A DNA stretch of 64,000 bases, taken from Thermoanaerobaculia bacterium. GTDB taxonomy: Bacteria; Acidobacteriota; Thermoanaerobaculia; Multivoradales; Multivoraceae. The notes beneath the pieces were generated by a model. The model worked only from the letters and a program-made list of their open reading frames with translations. It did no database searches and was not told where the DNA came from. Where the stretch lies: contig OY761158.1 of the NCBI GenBank assembly GCA_963664405.1, positions 640,001 to 704,000 of the forward strand, given 5' to 3'. Below are positions 1 to 10,746 of this stretch, one piece after another (the stretch's first letter is position 1; the number at the start of each line of letters is the position of its first letter). Both the position numbers and the translations under genes were made by a program.

Positions 1-1057
<1,057 letters not shown>

Positions 1058-1191
1058 ATCCCCTCCGAGAAGACTATTGGTTGCAGGTACTGCGCGGCTT
1101 CCGGGACGAGCCGGCTGTAGCAGAGCACTTGATACCATGCCTTCAGCCGCTGGGCGAATTCGAGCCATCTACCGCAATCCCGGGAGAGAAC

Positions 1192-1836
1192 ATGAGCGAG
1201 CCAAAGGCACCCGAAGCCGCACTTCGGGTTGCCCATCTGATCGTCTACTCCGACTACCTCTGACCCTGGTGCCTGGTCGCAGCGGTCCGGCTGCGAGAGT
1301 TGAAAGAGGAGCTCGGAGAGAGCCTCCGGGTGACTTGGAAGAGCTTTCTTCTCCGCCCAAGGCCCGCCACGCATCCGCGCACGCTGGAGAAATTCAAGCG
1401 CTACACCGAGTCCTGGCGAGCTCCGGCGGCCGAAGAACCTGCGGCCGGGTTCAAGATCTGGTTTACCGAGGAAGGTCCTCCCTCCCACAGCCTGCCGCCC
1501 CACCAGGTCGCCAAGGCGGCGGCGCGCATCGGACAGGAGGCCTTCACTTCGATCCACGATCTTCTTCTCGACGCCTACTTTCGCCGCAGCCGAGATATCA
1601 GTAGCGAAGCGACTCTGCGCGAGCTCTGGCAGGAAGCGAATCTTCCGGCGGATAGCTTCTCCGATTGGCAGGACCCGGAGATCCTGCGCTCCATCGAGGA
1701 AGAGTTTCGGGAAGCCCTCGAGAACGGGGCGGGCGGAGCGCCGGCGGTGCGAATGGACGGCAACTACAGCGTCGTCATGGGCGCCCAGCCCACCGAAGTC
1801 TATCGACGCTGGATCAAGCGCATCCTACGGAAGTGA
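1192..1836 (+). CDS. DsbA/FrnE-family thioredoxin-fold selenoprotein (UxxC; TGA at 1261-1263 read as Sec), 214 aa
   Basis: ORFs 1081..1263 and 1300..1836 share one frame and are joined by a single TGA: IVYSDYL-[TGA]-PWC matches the family motif D-x-x-C-P-W-C. ATG at 1192 follows GGGAGAG. The C-terminal GAGGAP..V.GAQP is typical of FrnE/DsbA. A SECIS-like hairpin follows the TGA. Confidence 0.85.
1277..1296 (+). promoter_or_regulatory. Putative bacterial SECIS element
   Basis: Perfect 7-bp stem TCGCAGC/GCTGCGA with loop GGTCCG. The loop starts 20 nt after the in-frame TGA and begins with G, as in the bacterial SECIS model. Confidence 0.7.
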
Positions 1837-2131
1837 TCAATATCACTTCCTCCGGATGCGAACATGGCGCCGAGGACGGCGCATTCTACGGAAGTGATCA
1901 ATATCACTTCCTCCGGATGCGAACATGGCGCCGAGGACGGCGCATCCTACGGAAGTGATCAATATCACTTCCTCCGGATGCGAACATGGCGCCGAGGACG
2001 GCGCATTCTACGGAAGTGATCAATATCACTTCCTCCGGATGCGGAACATGGCGCCGAGGACGGCGCATCCTACCGAAGTGATCAGTATCACTCCCTCCGG
2101 ATGCGGAACATGGCGCCGAGGACGGCGCATT
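1820..2131. repeat. Tandem array of five 61-62 bp palindromic units between convergent genes
   Basis: Unit GCATYCTACGGAAGTGATCAATATCACTTCCTCCGGATGCG(G)AACATGGCGCCGAGGACGGC starts at 1820, 1881, 1942, 2003 and 2065. The last copy is degenerate and there are no unique spacers. Confidence 0.95.
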
Positions 2132-2139
2132 CGGATCTC

Positions 2140-3069
2140 CTAACCGGCGGAGCGGGCAGCCTCGAGAGCGGGCTTGGCGTCACGTAGGGCCTGGACGTGC
2201 TCGGGGCCGGTGCCGCAGCAGCCGCCGAGCAGGCGAACCCCTGACGCCACCCATGTCAAAGCTTCGGCAACCAGATCCTGCGGCGAGACAACGTCGACGA
2301 AGCTCCAGTTGGGCTTCGTGAAGTAGCCCGACTCCGGGTAGACACCGATCGGGGCCCTCCAACGCTCGCGGACCAACTTCAGGGCGTCGTCGACCGACTC
2401 GATCTCACAGTGCATGAGATTGACCACCGTCGGCGCCATCGGAATCAAGGTGTCGAGCACGACGGCGAAGTCGAGCTGGGGATGATCGAAAGCGACGAGG
2501 CCTCCGTGCTCGGGATGGCGTCTGCAGCTCAGGCCCAGCCAGACCGGAAGGCCGGTCTCCAAGGCAGCCCTCATCGCCAACGGGGCGTGTACCGGCTCTT
2601 CCATCATCTCCAAGGCGATCAGATCGACTCCGGCATCCGCAAGAATCCCCGCCAGCTCCCGATAGACCTCGAGCTCGTCCTCGGGGTTGGGGAAGGCGCT
2701 GCGATCAAAGTGTGCCGGCATTGCCGAGATCGACCCAGCGATCGCGACCGACTTCTTGGCCGTGCTCTCGCGTGCCTCGATCGCCACTTCGACCGCGCGT
2801 TGATTGATCGCCCTCACCTCGTCGCCCAGTCCGGCGCCTTCGAGCATCTGTCGGGTCGTACCGAAAGTGTTGGTGACAATCACCTCGGCGCCGGCGCGTA
2901 TGTAGTCCTCATGGACCTCTCGTACCACCCTGGCGTGAGTGTGCATTCCCGCTCCGCTCCAAGTCGCCTCGTCCATCGGTACGCCTCGGCGCTGAAGCTC
3001 GGTCCCCGTACCTCCGTCGAGAAGAACGATGTGGTCGGCTTCGAGACGTTTCAACCAATCCCTGGACAT
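2140..3069 (-). CDS. Homocysteine S-methyltransferase family protein
   Basis: LLDGGTGTEL, HEDYIRAGAEVIVTNTF and GGCCG (Zn ligands). Start reassigned to MSRDWL because the longer ORF overlaps the divergent gene. Confidence 0.88.
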   Translation of the reverse strand: MSRDWLKRLEADHIVLLDGGTGTELQRRGVPMDEATWSGAGMHTHARVVREVHEDYIRAGAEVIVTNTFGTTRQMLEGAGLGDEVRAINQRAVEVAIEARESTAKKSVAIAGSISAMPAHFDRSAFPNPEDELEVYRELAGILADAGVDLIALEMMEEPVHAPLAMRAALETGLPVWLGLSCRRHPEHGGLVAFDHPQLDFAVVLDTLIPMAPTVVNLMHCEIESVDDALKLVRERWRAPIGVYPESGYFTKPNWSFVDVVSPQDLVAEALTWVASGVRLLGGCCGTGPEHVQALRDAKPALEAARSAG

Positions 3070-3129
3070 GAGCGGTTCACCTGTCGAGTCGGCGCCTAGC
3101 ACCGTATCAAGGGTATAGTTTCGCCGCTC

Positions 3130-4041
3130 ATGACCGGAATCGAGCTCGAAGATCGCCAGATCGGATGCGCACGGATTCTCTTTGGTGAGAACAACGGTAA
3201 GTACCCTGACGCGAATTGCGTGCTGGTCGAGGGAGCCACGGAACGCGTGCTTCTGGACACCACGCCAGGACTCGTTCAACGTGGCCACGAAGCCGTAGAT
3301 CCCATCGACCGCATTCTTCTCACTCACTGCCACGAAGACCATCTGGCCGGGAATTTCCTCTTTCCGGAAGCTCAGGTCCATCTTCACGAGGCCGACCATC
3401 CCGGCATCGTCTCGCTCGAAGCGATGCTCGATATCTATGGGATGGAAGGGCCCCGCCGAAGCCGCTTCGCCAAGGTCTTGACCGAGACATTTCACTTCGT
3501 CCCCTGCCCCGAAGCCAAGTGCTTTCGGGAAGGAGACGTCTTCGATCTCGGCGGCGGTGTCACCATCGAGGTGGTGCACACGCCCGGTCACACTCCTGGC
3601 CATTGCGCGCTCTGGATTCGGCCGGCGGACATCCTCTTCCTTGGCGATATCGATCTATCCAGCTTCGGCCCCTTCTATGGAGACGTGTGGTCGAGTCTGG
3701 AAGACTTCACGGTCAGCCTCGACAAAGTCGCTGCTCTCGAGGCGCGCTATTACCTGAGCTCTCATCACGTCGGCCTGCTCGATGGTCGAGACTCGTTTCT
3801 CGAGCGGCTCGGCCGCTACAAGGCCAAACTTCTGGATCGCGAAAGTCGGATGGTCGAGTTCCTCGCCGAGCCCAGAAGCCTGGACGAGATCGCCGCTCAT
3901 CGCTTCGTCTACCGACCCGGGGACAAGATCGACAATGCCGAGCTAGTCGAGAGGACGATGATGGGCCAGCACATCGAGAAGCTGCACCGCATCGGCAAAG
4001 TCGAAGAAGTCGAGCCCGGGCGTTACCGCAGCGTAAACTGA
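3130..4041 (+). CDS. MBL-fold metallo-hydrolase
   Basis: THCHEDH (HxHxDH), HTPGHTPGH and LGD motifs. Confidence 0.88.
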   Translation: MTGIELEDRQIGCARILFGENNGKYPDANCVLVEGATERVLLDTTPGLVQRGHEAVDPIDRILLTHCHEDHLAGNFLFPEAQVHLHEADHPGIVSLEAMLDIYGMEGPRRSRFAKVLTETFHFVPCPEAKCFREGDVFDLGGGVTIEVVHTPGHTPGHCALWIRPADILFLGDIDLSSFGPFYGDVWSSLEDFTVSLDKVAALEARYYLSSHHVGLLDGRDSFLERLGRYKAKLLDRESRMVEFLAEPRSLDEIAAHRFVYRPGDKIDNAELVERTMMGQHIEKLHRIGKVEEVEPGRYRSVN

Positions 4042-4071
4042 GACCTCGGCCGGCGGGCAAGGAGGAAGAGG

Positions 4072-4827
4072 ATGTATCTCGATCGTGATGGCGTTCATAT
4101 CTGGTACGAGGTCGAGGGCGACGGCGAGCTGATTCTGCTCAGCCACGGCTACTCTTCTACGGGGCTGATGTGGGAGCGCCAGACAGCCGCCTTCTCCGAC
4201 CGCTACCGGGTGGCGTCGTGGGACATGAGAGGCCACGGCCGCAGCGATTATCCGAAAAACGTCGAAGCCTACTCGGAGGAGGCCACGGTCGCGGATATGG
4301 CCGCAATCCTCGACCAATGCGAGGTCGAGATCGCGTGGATCGGCGGCCTCTCCCTGGGCGGCTACATGTCGCTCGCCTTCCACCACAGACATCCAGAGCG
4401 AGTGCGAGGCCTCCTTCTCTTCGATACCGGGCCTGGCTACAAGAGCGACGAGGCACGTGACGGCTGGAACCGGAACACGAATGCGCAGGCGGACGCCCTC
4501 GAGACCGAGGGTCTAGCCGCTCTTCGCTCCAGCCGCGAAGTGCGGGCCCGAAACCACCGAGGGGCACGGGGCCTGGCGAACGCGGCCCGAGGCATGCTGG
4601 CCCAAAGGGACGATCGAATCATCCAGTCTCTTCCCTCCATCCGAGTACCGGCTTTGGTCCTGGTGGGGTCTCGAGACAAGCCCTTTCTCGGCGCAACCGA
4701 CTACATGGTCAAGAAGATCCCCAACGCGACCAAGGCCACCATCGAAGACGCCGGGCACGCCTCCAATATCGACCAGCCCCAAGCGTTCAACGATGCAATG
4801 AGCTCTTTCCTCTCGAGTGTGAAGTGA
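4072..4827 (+). CDS. Alpha/beta fold hydrolase
   Basis: HG oxyanion motif, DMRGHGRS, GLSLGG nucleophile elbow, AGH; strong RBS AGGAGG. Confidence 0.9.
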   Translation: MYLDRDGVHIWYEVEGDGELILLSHGYSSTGLMWERQTAAFSDRYRVASWDMRGHGRSDYPKNVEAYSEEATVADMAAILDQCEVEIAWIGGLSLGGYMSLAFHHRHPERVRGLLLFDTGPGYKSDEARDGWNRNTNAQADALETEGLAALRSSREVRARNHRGARGLANAARGMLAQRDDRIIQSLPSIRVPALVLVGSRDKPFLGATDYMVKKIPNATKATIEDAGHASNIDQPQAFNDAMSSFLSSVK

Positions 4828-4834
4828 GAATGCG

Positions 4835-5094
4835 GTGCAGCTGGCACAAGCCAACATCGCCCGCATGCTCTACCCCCGCGACGCAGTGCGCACGCACTTC
4901 CCTTCAAGAGCCGACAGAGCTGGTTCGAGCCCTCGCAGCGACCGATGAACGTGCTCTGGTGGGTCGCTGTCGGCCATCAACCGGACGCCGAAGAGGCTGA
5001 AGAGCGCTTTCGGATTCTGTGGAAGGCAGGACCCAGCGCCGAAGGCTTTACCTTCAGATCAGCCGCTCAGTACGCTAGGTCGCTAAGCGGCTGA
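4835..5094 (+). pseudogene. DUF3291-family remnant with internal deletion and frameshift
   Basis: N-terminal VQLAQANIARMLYP is joined out of frame to SAH...RQSWFEPSQRPMNVLWWVAVGHQPDAEEAEERF...GPSAEGFTF. I recognise both as DUF3291 ends; the middle is missing. Confidence 0.65.
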
Positions 5095-6058
5095 GGCCCC
5101 CGCCGTCCTCGATGGCGTGGTGGTAGGCCATCCACAGAAAGAACTGGATCCCCACGATCACGCTGGCGAGAAACAGGTGCAGCGGTTGTAGCAGCGCCGG
5201 GAAGCCCGCGTAGTAGAGAACCGCCCCGCTCACGACCTCCAGGGTCGTGGTCACTACCAGAAGCACGGCCCATTTACGTAGAGGGCTCGGCGGGGACGCA
5301 TCTCGCAGAAAACGACGCGCCAGCAGTCCGTTCGCCACCAAGACGACCAGAGAGAACGAGCGGTGGAACAAGACGACGAACCCAAGCTCAGCTGCCCAGG
5401 TGCCTCTGGCACTCTCGGCCGACACCATGAGGACGTCGATCTCCTCGCGCACCTGAGTACCCAGAACCACCTGTATCAACGACAGCCCGACCACGATCGC
5501 CAACAGAGAGACCGTGCCTCTTTCCCGCTGCAGGCTCGCCGCCGCCAATTCTTCTCGCCGCGAGCGGCCCATCGCCAACAGTAGAGTCGCCACCACCAGC
5601 AAGGCGACGATCAGGTGCAGAGTAACCACCCATGGAGTCAGATTACTCTTGACCACCACCGCCCCCAGCCAGCCCTCGAAAGCAACAAGGACGAAGGCCG
5701 CCGCAGACCACCAGACGACAACTCGATCGAGCTTCCAGTAGCTCCACCAGCTCGCCACTAGGGTCGCGAAGATGAGGAGACCGATGAGAACTCCGAGGAG
5801 TCGATTGAGATACTCGGTCCACGTCTTGGTGACATTGAAGCGAGTCTCTCCATAGCCGTGTTCGGCGTAGATCTCTTGATAGTCGGCGGGCAGCTGAGAC
5901 TCGCTCGTGGGCGGCACCCAGCGACCGAAACAGGTCGGCCAGTCAGGGCAGCCCATGCCCGCCCCGCTCGCACGCACCAGACCTCCCACCAGGATCAGAA
6001 GGTATACCGCCGCAACGGTAACAATCGCCAGCCTACGGAAGCCGCGATCACTTCTCAT
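5075..6058 (-). CDS. ctaA: Heme A synthase (COX15/CtaA family)
   Basis: GGLVRASGAGMGCPDWPTCFG, WTEYLNRLLG, conserved His residues, about 8 TM helices. Confidence 0.85.
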   Translation of the reverse strand: MRSDRGFRRLAIVTVAAVYLLILVGGLVRASGAGMGCPDWPTCFGRWVPPTSESQLPADYQEIYAEHGYGETRFNVTKTWTEYLNRLLGVLIGLLIFATLVASWWSYWKLDRVVVWWSAAAFVLVAFEGWLGAVVVKSNLTPWVVTLHLIVALLVVATLLLAMGRSRREELAAASLQRERGTVSLLAIVVGLSLIQVVLGTQVREEIDVLMVSAESARGTWAAELGFVVLFHRSFSLVVLVANGLLARRFLRDASPPSPLRKWAVLLVVTTTLEVVSGAVLYYAGFPALLQPLHLFLASVIVGIQFFLWMAYHHAIEDGGGLSRLAT

Positions 6059-7685
6059 TCGCGGAGCTCAGGCTGTGGTCCTTGAACTGTTCGCGTAGCG
6101 CCGTTTTGAGGATCTTGCCGGTAGCGGTATGAGGAATCTCGTCGACAAAGACCACCTCGTCGGGCATCCACCACTTGGCGATCTTCCCCTTCATATAGCC
6201 GAGGATGTCGTCGCCACTCACACTCGACCCCTCGACAAGAACGATGATGAGAAGAGGGCGCTCATCCCACTTCGGATGGACCACCCCGATCACCGCCGCC
6301 TCCGCCACCTCCGGATGCCCTACCGCCACGTTCTCGAGCTCGATCGACGAGATCCACTCGCCGCCCGACTTGATGACATCCTTGGATCGGTCGGTGATCT
6401 GCATGAAGCCCATCTCGTCGATGGTGGCGACGTCGCCGGTATCGAAGAAGCCCTCCTGGTCCAGAATCTCGCCCCCGTCGCCCTTCAGATAGGAACCCGA
6501 GATCGCAGGCCCGCGGACCACCAGATGGCCGAAAGCCTCGCCGTCGCGAGGCAGCTCACGGCCATCGTCGTCGAGGATCTTCATCTCGACCGTATAGGGA
6601 GGCCGGCCCTGCTTGAGCTTGTAGCCCAGCTGCTCCTCGGCGGGTAGATCGGCCATCCCCGCCTTGAAGGAGGCCAGCGTTCCCAGCGGACTCATCTCCG
6701 TCATTCCCCATGCGTGCAAGACCCGCACTCCGTAGTCGCGCTCGAACTTCTCGATCATCGAGCGGGGACACGCCGACCCACCGATAGCCACCCGGTCGAG
6801 GCTGTGCAGGGTCTTGCCCTCACTCTCCAGAAACTGGAGGAGCATCAGCCACACTGTCGGCACGGCGGCGGTAAAGCTGACCTCTTCGCTCTCCAGGAGC
6901 TCGTGAATCGAGGCCCCGTCCATCTGCGACCCCGGCATGACCAGCTTGGCGCCGCACATCGGCGCCGCAAAAGCGATCGCCCACGCGTTGGCGTGGAACA
7001 TCGGGACTACCGGCATCACCGAGTCTGTCGATTTCATATCGAAGCCGTCACCGGTGTTGACAGCGAGAGCGTGGATCACGTTCGAGCGATGAGAGTAGAG
7101 AACTCCCTTCGGGTTTCCGGTCGTCCCCGAGGTGTAGCAAAGACCACAGGCATCGTTCTCATCCACGGCTACCCAGTCGAAGTCTTCACTCTCCTCTGCG
7201 AGCAGATCCTCGTAACAGTGAACGTTTCGCAGGGTCGTCTCCGGCATGTGCTCGCGATCGGTCATCAGTACGTAGCCCTCGATTGCCGGGCACTCGTCCT
7301 GGATTCCCTCTACGATCGAGACGAAGCTGGTGTCGAGAAGTAGGAATTTGTCTTCCGCATGATTGGCGATGTAGACCATCTGCTCCTTGAAGAGACGCGG
7401 GTTCAAGGTGTGGCACACCGCGCCACTGCCCATGATCGCGTACCAGACCTCCATGTGGCGATGGGTGTTCCACGCCATTGTCGCCACCACATCCCCGCGG
7501 CCGACACCCAGACGGGCAAGAGCGTTGGCGCAGCGCTTGGAGCGCCTGTAGAGATCGGCGTAGGTGCAACGGTGAATCGGACCCTCGACGGTACGAGTCA
7601 CCACTTCGCGCTCGCCATGCCACTCATTCGCGTGGTCGAGAATCGTGCTCACCAGCAGCGGCCAGTCCTGCATCAAGCCTTTCAT
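6048..7685 (-). CDS. Fatty-acid--CoA ligase (AlkK/DmdB-like)
   Basis: [38 protein letters not shown]. Confidence 0.92.
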   Translation of the reverse strand: MKGLMQDWPLLVSTILDHANEWHGEREVVTRTVEGPIHRCTYADLYRRSKRCANALARLGVGRGDVVATMAWNTHRHMEVWYAIMGSGAVCHTLNPRLFKEQMVYIANHAEDKFLLLDTSFVSIVEGIQDECPAIEGYVLMTDREHMPETTLRNVHCYEDLLAEESEDFDWVAVDENDACGLCYTSGTTGNPKGVLYSHRSNVIHALAVNTGDGFDMKSTDSVMPVVPMFHANAWAIAFAAPMCGAKLVMPGSQMDGASIHELLESEEVSFTAAVPTVWLMLLQFLESEGKTLHSLDRVAIGGSACPRSMIEKFERDYGVRVLHAWGMTEMSPLGTLASFKAGMADLPAEEQLGYKLKQGRPPYTVEMKILDDDGRELPRDGEAFGHLVVRGPAISGSYLKGDGGEILDQEGFFDTGDVATIDEMGFMQITDRSKDVIKSGGEWISSIELENVAVGHPEVAEAAVIGVVHPKWDERPLLIIVLVEGSSVSGDDILGYMKGKIAKWWMPDEVVFVDEIPHTATGKILKTALREQFKDHSLSSANEK

Positions 7686-7699
7686 CGCCGATCCCTCCT

Positions 7700-8248
7700 T
7701 CAAAGCCCGAAGCTCAGGCTGAGCACGATCGAGTTCGCGCCCGGGTTGAATTCATAGAGAACGGCGTTGGACAGATGGTAGAAGTCCAAGCCGACGAGGA
7801 TCCTCTCCTTGATTCGATAGGCCAGCTCGAGGCCGGAGCGAAACTCCACCGACCCGCCGAGATCTTGTCCGGCTCCCTCGTCGTACCAGCCCGCGGCCAG
7901 ATGCGGTGTCAGGCGCCAGCGCTGACCCAGAGGCACTTGCAACCGGAACCCACTGTGCAAATAGTAGACCTCCTCGCTCGCCGTGCCCAGAACGCCAAAG
8001 GCAGGGATGAGCTCTCCCCATGAAGGGTGCCACAGCTCGATCGTGTCGAGGCGAACCTCGAATCCGACAACCACCGGCCCATCGACGTAAGAATGCTCGG
8101 TGTTGTAGCGACCCGCATGCACCGAAAACTCGGCCGCCTGGCCCATCTCCGCCCCTGAGACCAACGCCGCGAACGCAATAATGGTGCTCGCCACCACACT
8201 CTTGAGCCCCCCTCGCCTCTTACCCACCCTCGGCTCTCCAGATGACAT
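7700..8248 (-). CDS. Acyloxyacyl hydrolase / PagL-like outer-membrane beta-barrel
   Basis: DLGGSVEFRSGLEL and YHLSNA motifs, signal-like hydrophobic stretch, terminal beta-strand. Start uncertain. Confidence 0.75.
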   Translation of the reverse strand: MSSGEPRVGKRRGGLKSVVASTIIAFAALVSGAEMGQAAEFSVHAGRYNTEHSYVDGPVVVGFEVRLDTIELWHPSWGELIPAFGVLGTASEEVYYLHSGFRLQVPLGQRWRLTPHLAAGWYDEGAGQDLGGSVEFRSGLELAYRIKERILVGLDFYHLSNAVLYEFNPGANSIVLSLSFGL

Positions 8249-8346
8249 GTTTCCGACCAAGGCCCGCAGCGGCGGGATTATGACAGAGCCACGGGCGATG
8301 ACTCGCGAGCTTCCTACTCGAGCCTGGCGAGCCCCCAGCTCGACGC

Positions 8347-10746
8347 TCAACGAGGTTCCAAACGAATGCGCAGAGCAGCCGCCTGCTCGACTCGGAAGCG
8401 GGAATAGAGCAGCGGAAAGGCCTCGTCCCGAGCCCACATCGGGAAGAGATCACGGTAATGCGGACTCTCGGGACGGCCGGACTGGCCAGGACTGTTCATT
8501 GCCACGGACTCGTCCCACGCGCCCACGTCGACGACCATGCGGAAGCTGGCACCGCCGGTCTGGCGAAAATCGGTCCCACGATACCGGGTCGCGCCAACCG
8601 TCTCACCGCTTCCGCCGCGGGGAAGAGGACCCACATCGGCCTCGGCGCCGAGCTCGGCCCGCAACAGTGAGGACAGCGGATGCTCCAGTCGACTGTGATG
8701 GAGGCTCCCCCACTGCCAGCGGCTGCGGTCGGCTCCAAGCAGATCTTCCGTTTCGGCTAGGGCCGCCTCGAGGGAGTCGAGAAGCACCTCGTCGCGAGCA
8801 TCGGCGCCAAGGAGATCGAGATCGAGGGCGCGCAGAAGCGATCGGGGACCCACTTGGGCGAGGGCCTCGACCAGTTCGCCTCCCCAGCCCCTCTCTTCGG
8901 CGAGGCGACCCCACAGCACAGATGGAAGATGGCGACGCAGCCACACCTCGAAGAGAGCAGCGGCGGCACTGTCTGCCTCCAGACGGTGGTCCCAGTTCTG
9001 AAGAAGGGCAAGAGCCTCCCGCTGAGCTCCGCTGCCGGCCTCGAGACCGGACAGTCGCCGGATGAGCTCGAACGCCGGGAGCGAGAGGAAGTCGCCCTGC
9101 AACTCGAGGGAATCTTCGACCGAGACGAGTCGCGCCTCTTCCAATGTGTCGGCGATGCGCGAGTAGCGGTAGGGCGCAGCCCACTCGAACCCGAGCTGAT
9201 GGGAGTAGGCGGGCGGCAGGTTCATCTGATTGGCGCTGCCGACCCAGCCGCGTTCGGGGTTGGACTCGACCGGTAGCTGATCCATGTCGTAGTAGCCGGA
9301 CCACTCGTAACTGCCGTCGCCTGGAACGGGGAGGAGCCCGTCCCAGTTCGGTCGTACCGGAGCAAGGCCACCCGGTTTCCAACCGATATTGCCATCCACA
9401 TCCGCATACACCTGGTTCTCTCCCGGTAGGCCCCACCTGTTCATCGCCGCCAGGAACTGATCCCAGTTGTCCGCTCGCATATATTGGATGCTTCCGAGGT
9501 AAGGCGCCATCCCCGGCTCCAGCCAGGCCGCTCGCAGGGCATAGGCCAGGTGACGCTCTTCGTCCTCCCACAAGACGGGGCCGTGCCGAGTGAAGCGCAA
9601 AGCCACCTCTTCGCTACCGCCGTCCTTCACTTCGATCTGTTCCCGCACTTCGGTCATCCGCTCCCAACGTCCGTCGTACCAGTAGTCGGTGGCGTGCTCG
9701 GGTCGCGTGCGGTACACGTACAAGTCTTCTTGATCGATGCTGAAGACCGTGAGACCGAAGGCGATGCGCTCATTGTGTCCGATCGACACTCCGGGGAGCG
9801 CAGGCTCACCGGCGCCGATGACGTTGATCCCGGGAGCCTGGAGGTGGACGATGTAACGCAGTGAGGGCACCGCGAGCGAGCGATGGGGGTCGTTGGCGAG
9901 AATCGGCCGCCCCGTAGTCGTGCGCCCAGGTCCAATCGCCCAGTTGTTGCTCCCCCGGGCGAATGAGCCCCACGCCTCAGAGGCCGCGACCGAGGCCTGC
10001 TCCTCCTCACCGAGGACGAAGCCGACAGCTCCAGTAGCAAGGGTGTAGCGCGCGAGGACCTCCGCCGTCACGCTGTCGAGATCGAGTCCCTCAGGCACCT
10101 CGAGCTCGTGCTCCGGCTCGTAGACGTCACGAAGAGCGAGGGCCTCGCGACCGTAGCGATTGAGGAACTGCGCTCGACCAACTTCGCTGTTGACGTTGCG
10201 CAGCAGGCCGTGGCTGCGGATCTTGACCACCGTCTCGGGGGTCCAGTGAGCTGGCCGGTAGCCGAGGACCTCGAACTCGGGAGCAAGAAGCTCGGGGCGC
10301 GAAGAAGTCAGGTCGACATAGGCGTTCACGCCTGTAACGAAGGAGCTGACGATGCGTTTGGTGTCGTCCGCATACGCCAGCCATTCGGCGTGCATATCCC
10401 CGCGGTACAGGAATAGACGGGCAGCCCGGTCTTTCTCCAAATACTCAGCCCCGAGGACCTCCGCCAGTGTGCCGTCGCCGCGACGCTTCCACAGGTCGAG
10501 CTGCCAGAGGCGATCTCGAGCGGCGTTCCAACCCTGCGCTAGGAAAAGGTCGTCCTGCGAGGTTGCATAGATATGGGCAACACCCCAGCGATCGACGAGA
10601 ATCTCGACCGACGAACTGAGCCCGGCAACAGAGTAGCTCTCCTCGTCGACCGACCTCGTCGGTACCGACGCCGAACAGGACAGCAAAGCCAGTGCCAAGA
10701 CCGCGGCGACCAGAGTCGCGACGAATGGCCGATCAGGGCAATACAT
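8347..10746 (-). CDS. Penicillin acylase family Ntn-hydrolase, lipoprotein
   Basis: DRWGVAHIYA, GSNNW (beta-chain Ser), LANDPH, PGQSG; lipobox LLSC. Confidence 0.92.
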   Translation of the reverse strand: MYCPDRPFVATLVAAVLALALLSCSASVPTRSVDEESYSVAGLSSSVEILVDRWGVAHIYATSQDDLFLAQGWNAARDRLWQLDLWKRRGDGTLAEVLGAEYLEKDRAARLFLYRGDMHAEWLAYADDTKRIVSSFVTGVNAYVDLTSSRPELLAPEFEVLGYRPAHWTPETVVKIRSHGLLRNVNSEVGRAQFLNRYGREALALRDVYEPEHELEVPEGLDLDSVTAEVLARYTLATGAVGFVLGEEEQASVAASEAWGSFARGSNNWAIGPGRTTTGRPILANDPHRSLAVPSLRYIVHLQAPGINVIGAGEPALPGVSIGHNERIAFGLTVFSIDQEDLYVYRTRPEHATDYWYDGRWERMTEVREQIEVKDGGSEEVALRFTRHGPVLWEDEERHLAYALRAAWLEPGMAPYLGSIQYMRADNWDQFLAAMNRWGLPGENQVYADVDGNIGWKPGGLAPVRPNWDGLLPVPGDGSYEWSGYYDMDQLPVESNPERGWVGSANQMNLPPAYSHQLGFEWAAPYRYSRIADTLEEARLVSVEDSLELQGDFLSLPAFELIRRLSGLEAGSGAQREALALLQNWDHRLEADSAAAALFEVWLRRHLPSVLWGRLAEERGWGGELVEALAQVGPRSLLRALDLDLLGADARDEVLLDSLEAALAETEDLLGADRSRWQWGSLHHSRLEHPLSSLLRAELGAEADVGPLPRGGSGETVGATRYRGTDFRQTGGASFRMVVDVGAWDESVAMNSPGQSGRPESPHYRDLFPMWARDEAFPLLYSRFRVEQAAALRIRLEPR

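Noticed and set aside
1820-2131. CRISPR array
   Set aside because: The sequence between palindromes is identical in all units (no unique spacers), and no cas genes are in the window.
1665-2143. ORFs 1665..1958 and 1925..2143, and Sec read-through of the terminal TGA at 1834
   Set aside because: They are only translations of the tandem repeat in rotating frames. The DsbA domain is already complete at 1836.
3070-3603. 177-aa N-terminal extension of the homocysteine methyltransferase
   Set aside because: It is antisense to the motif-bearing MBL hydrolase; a shadow extension.
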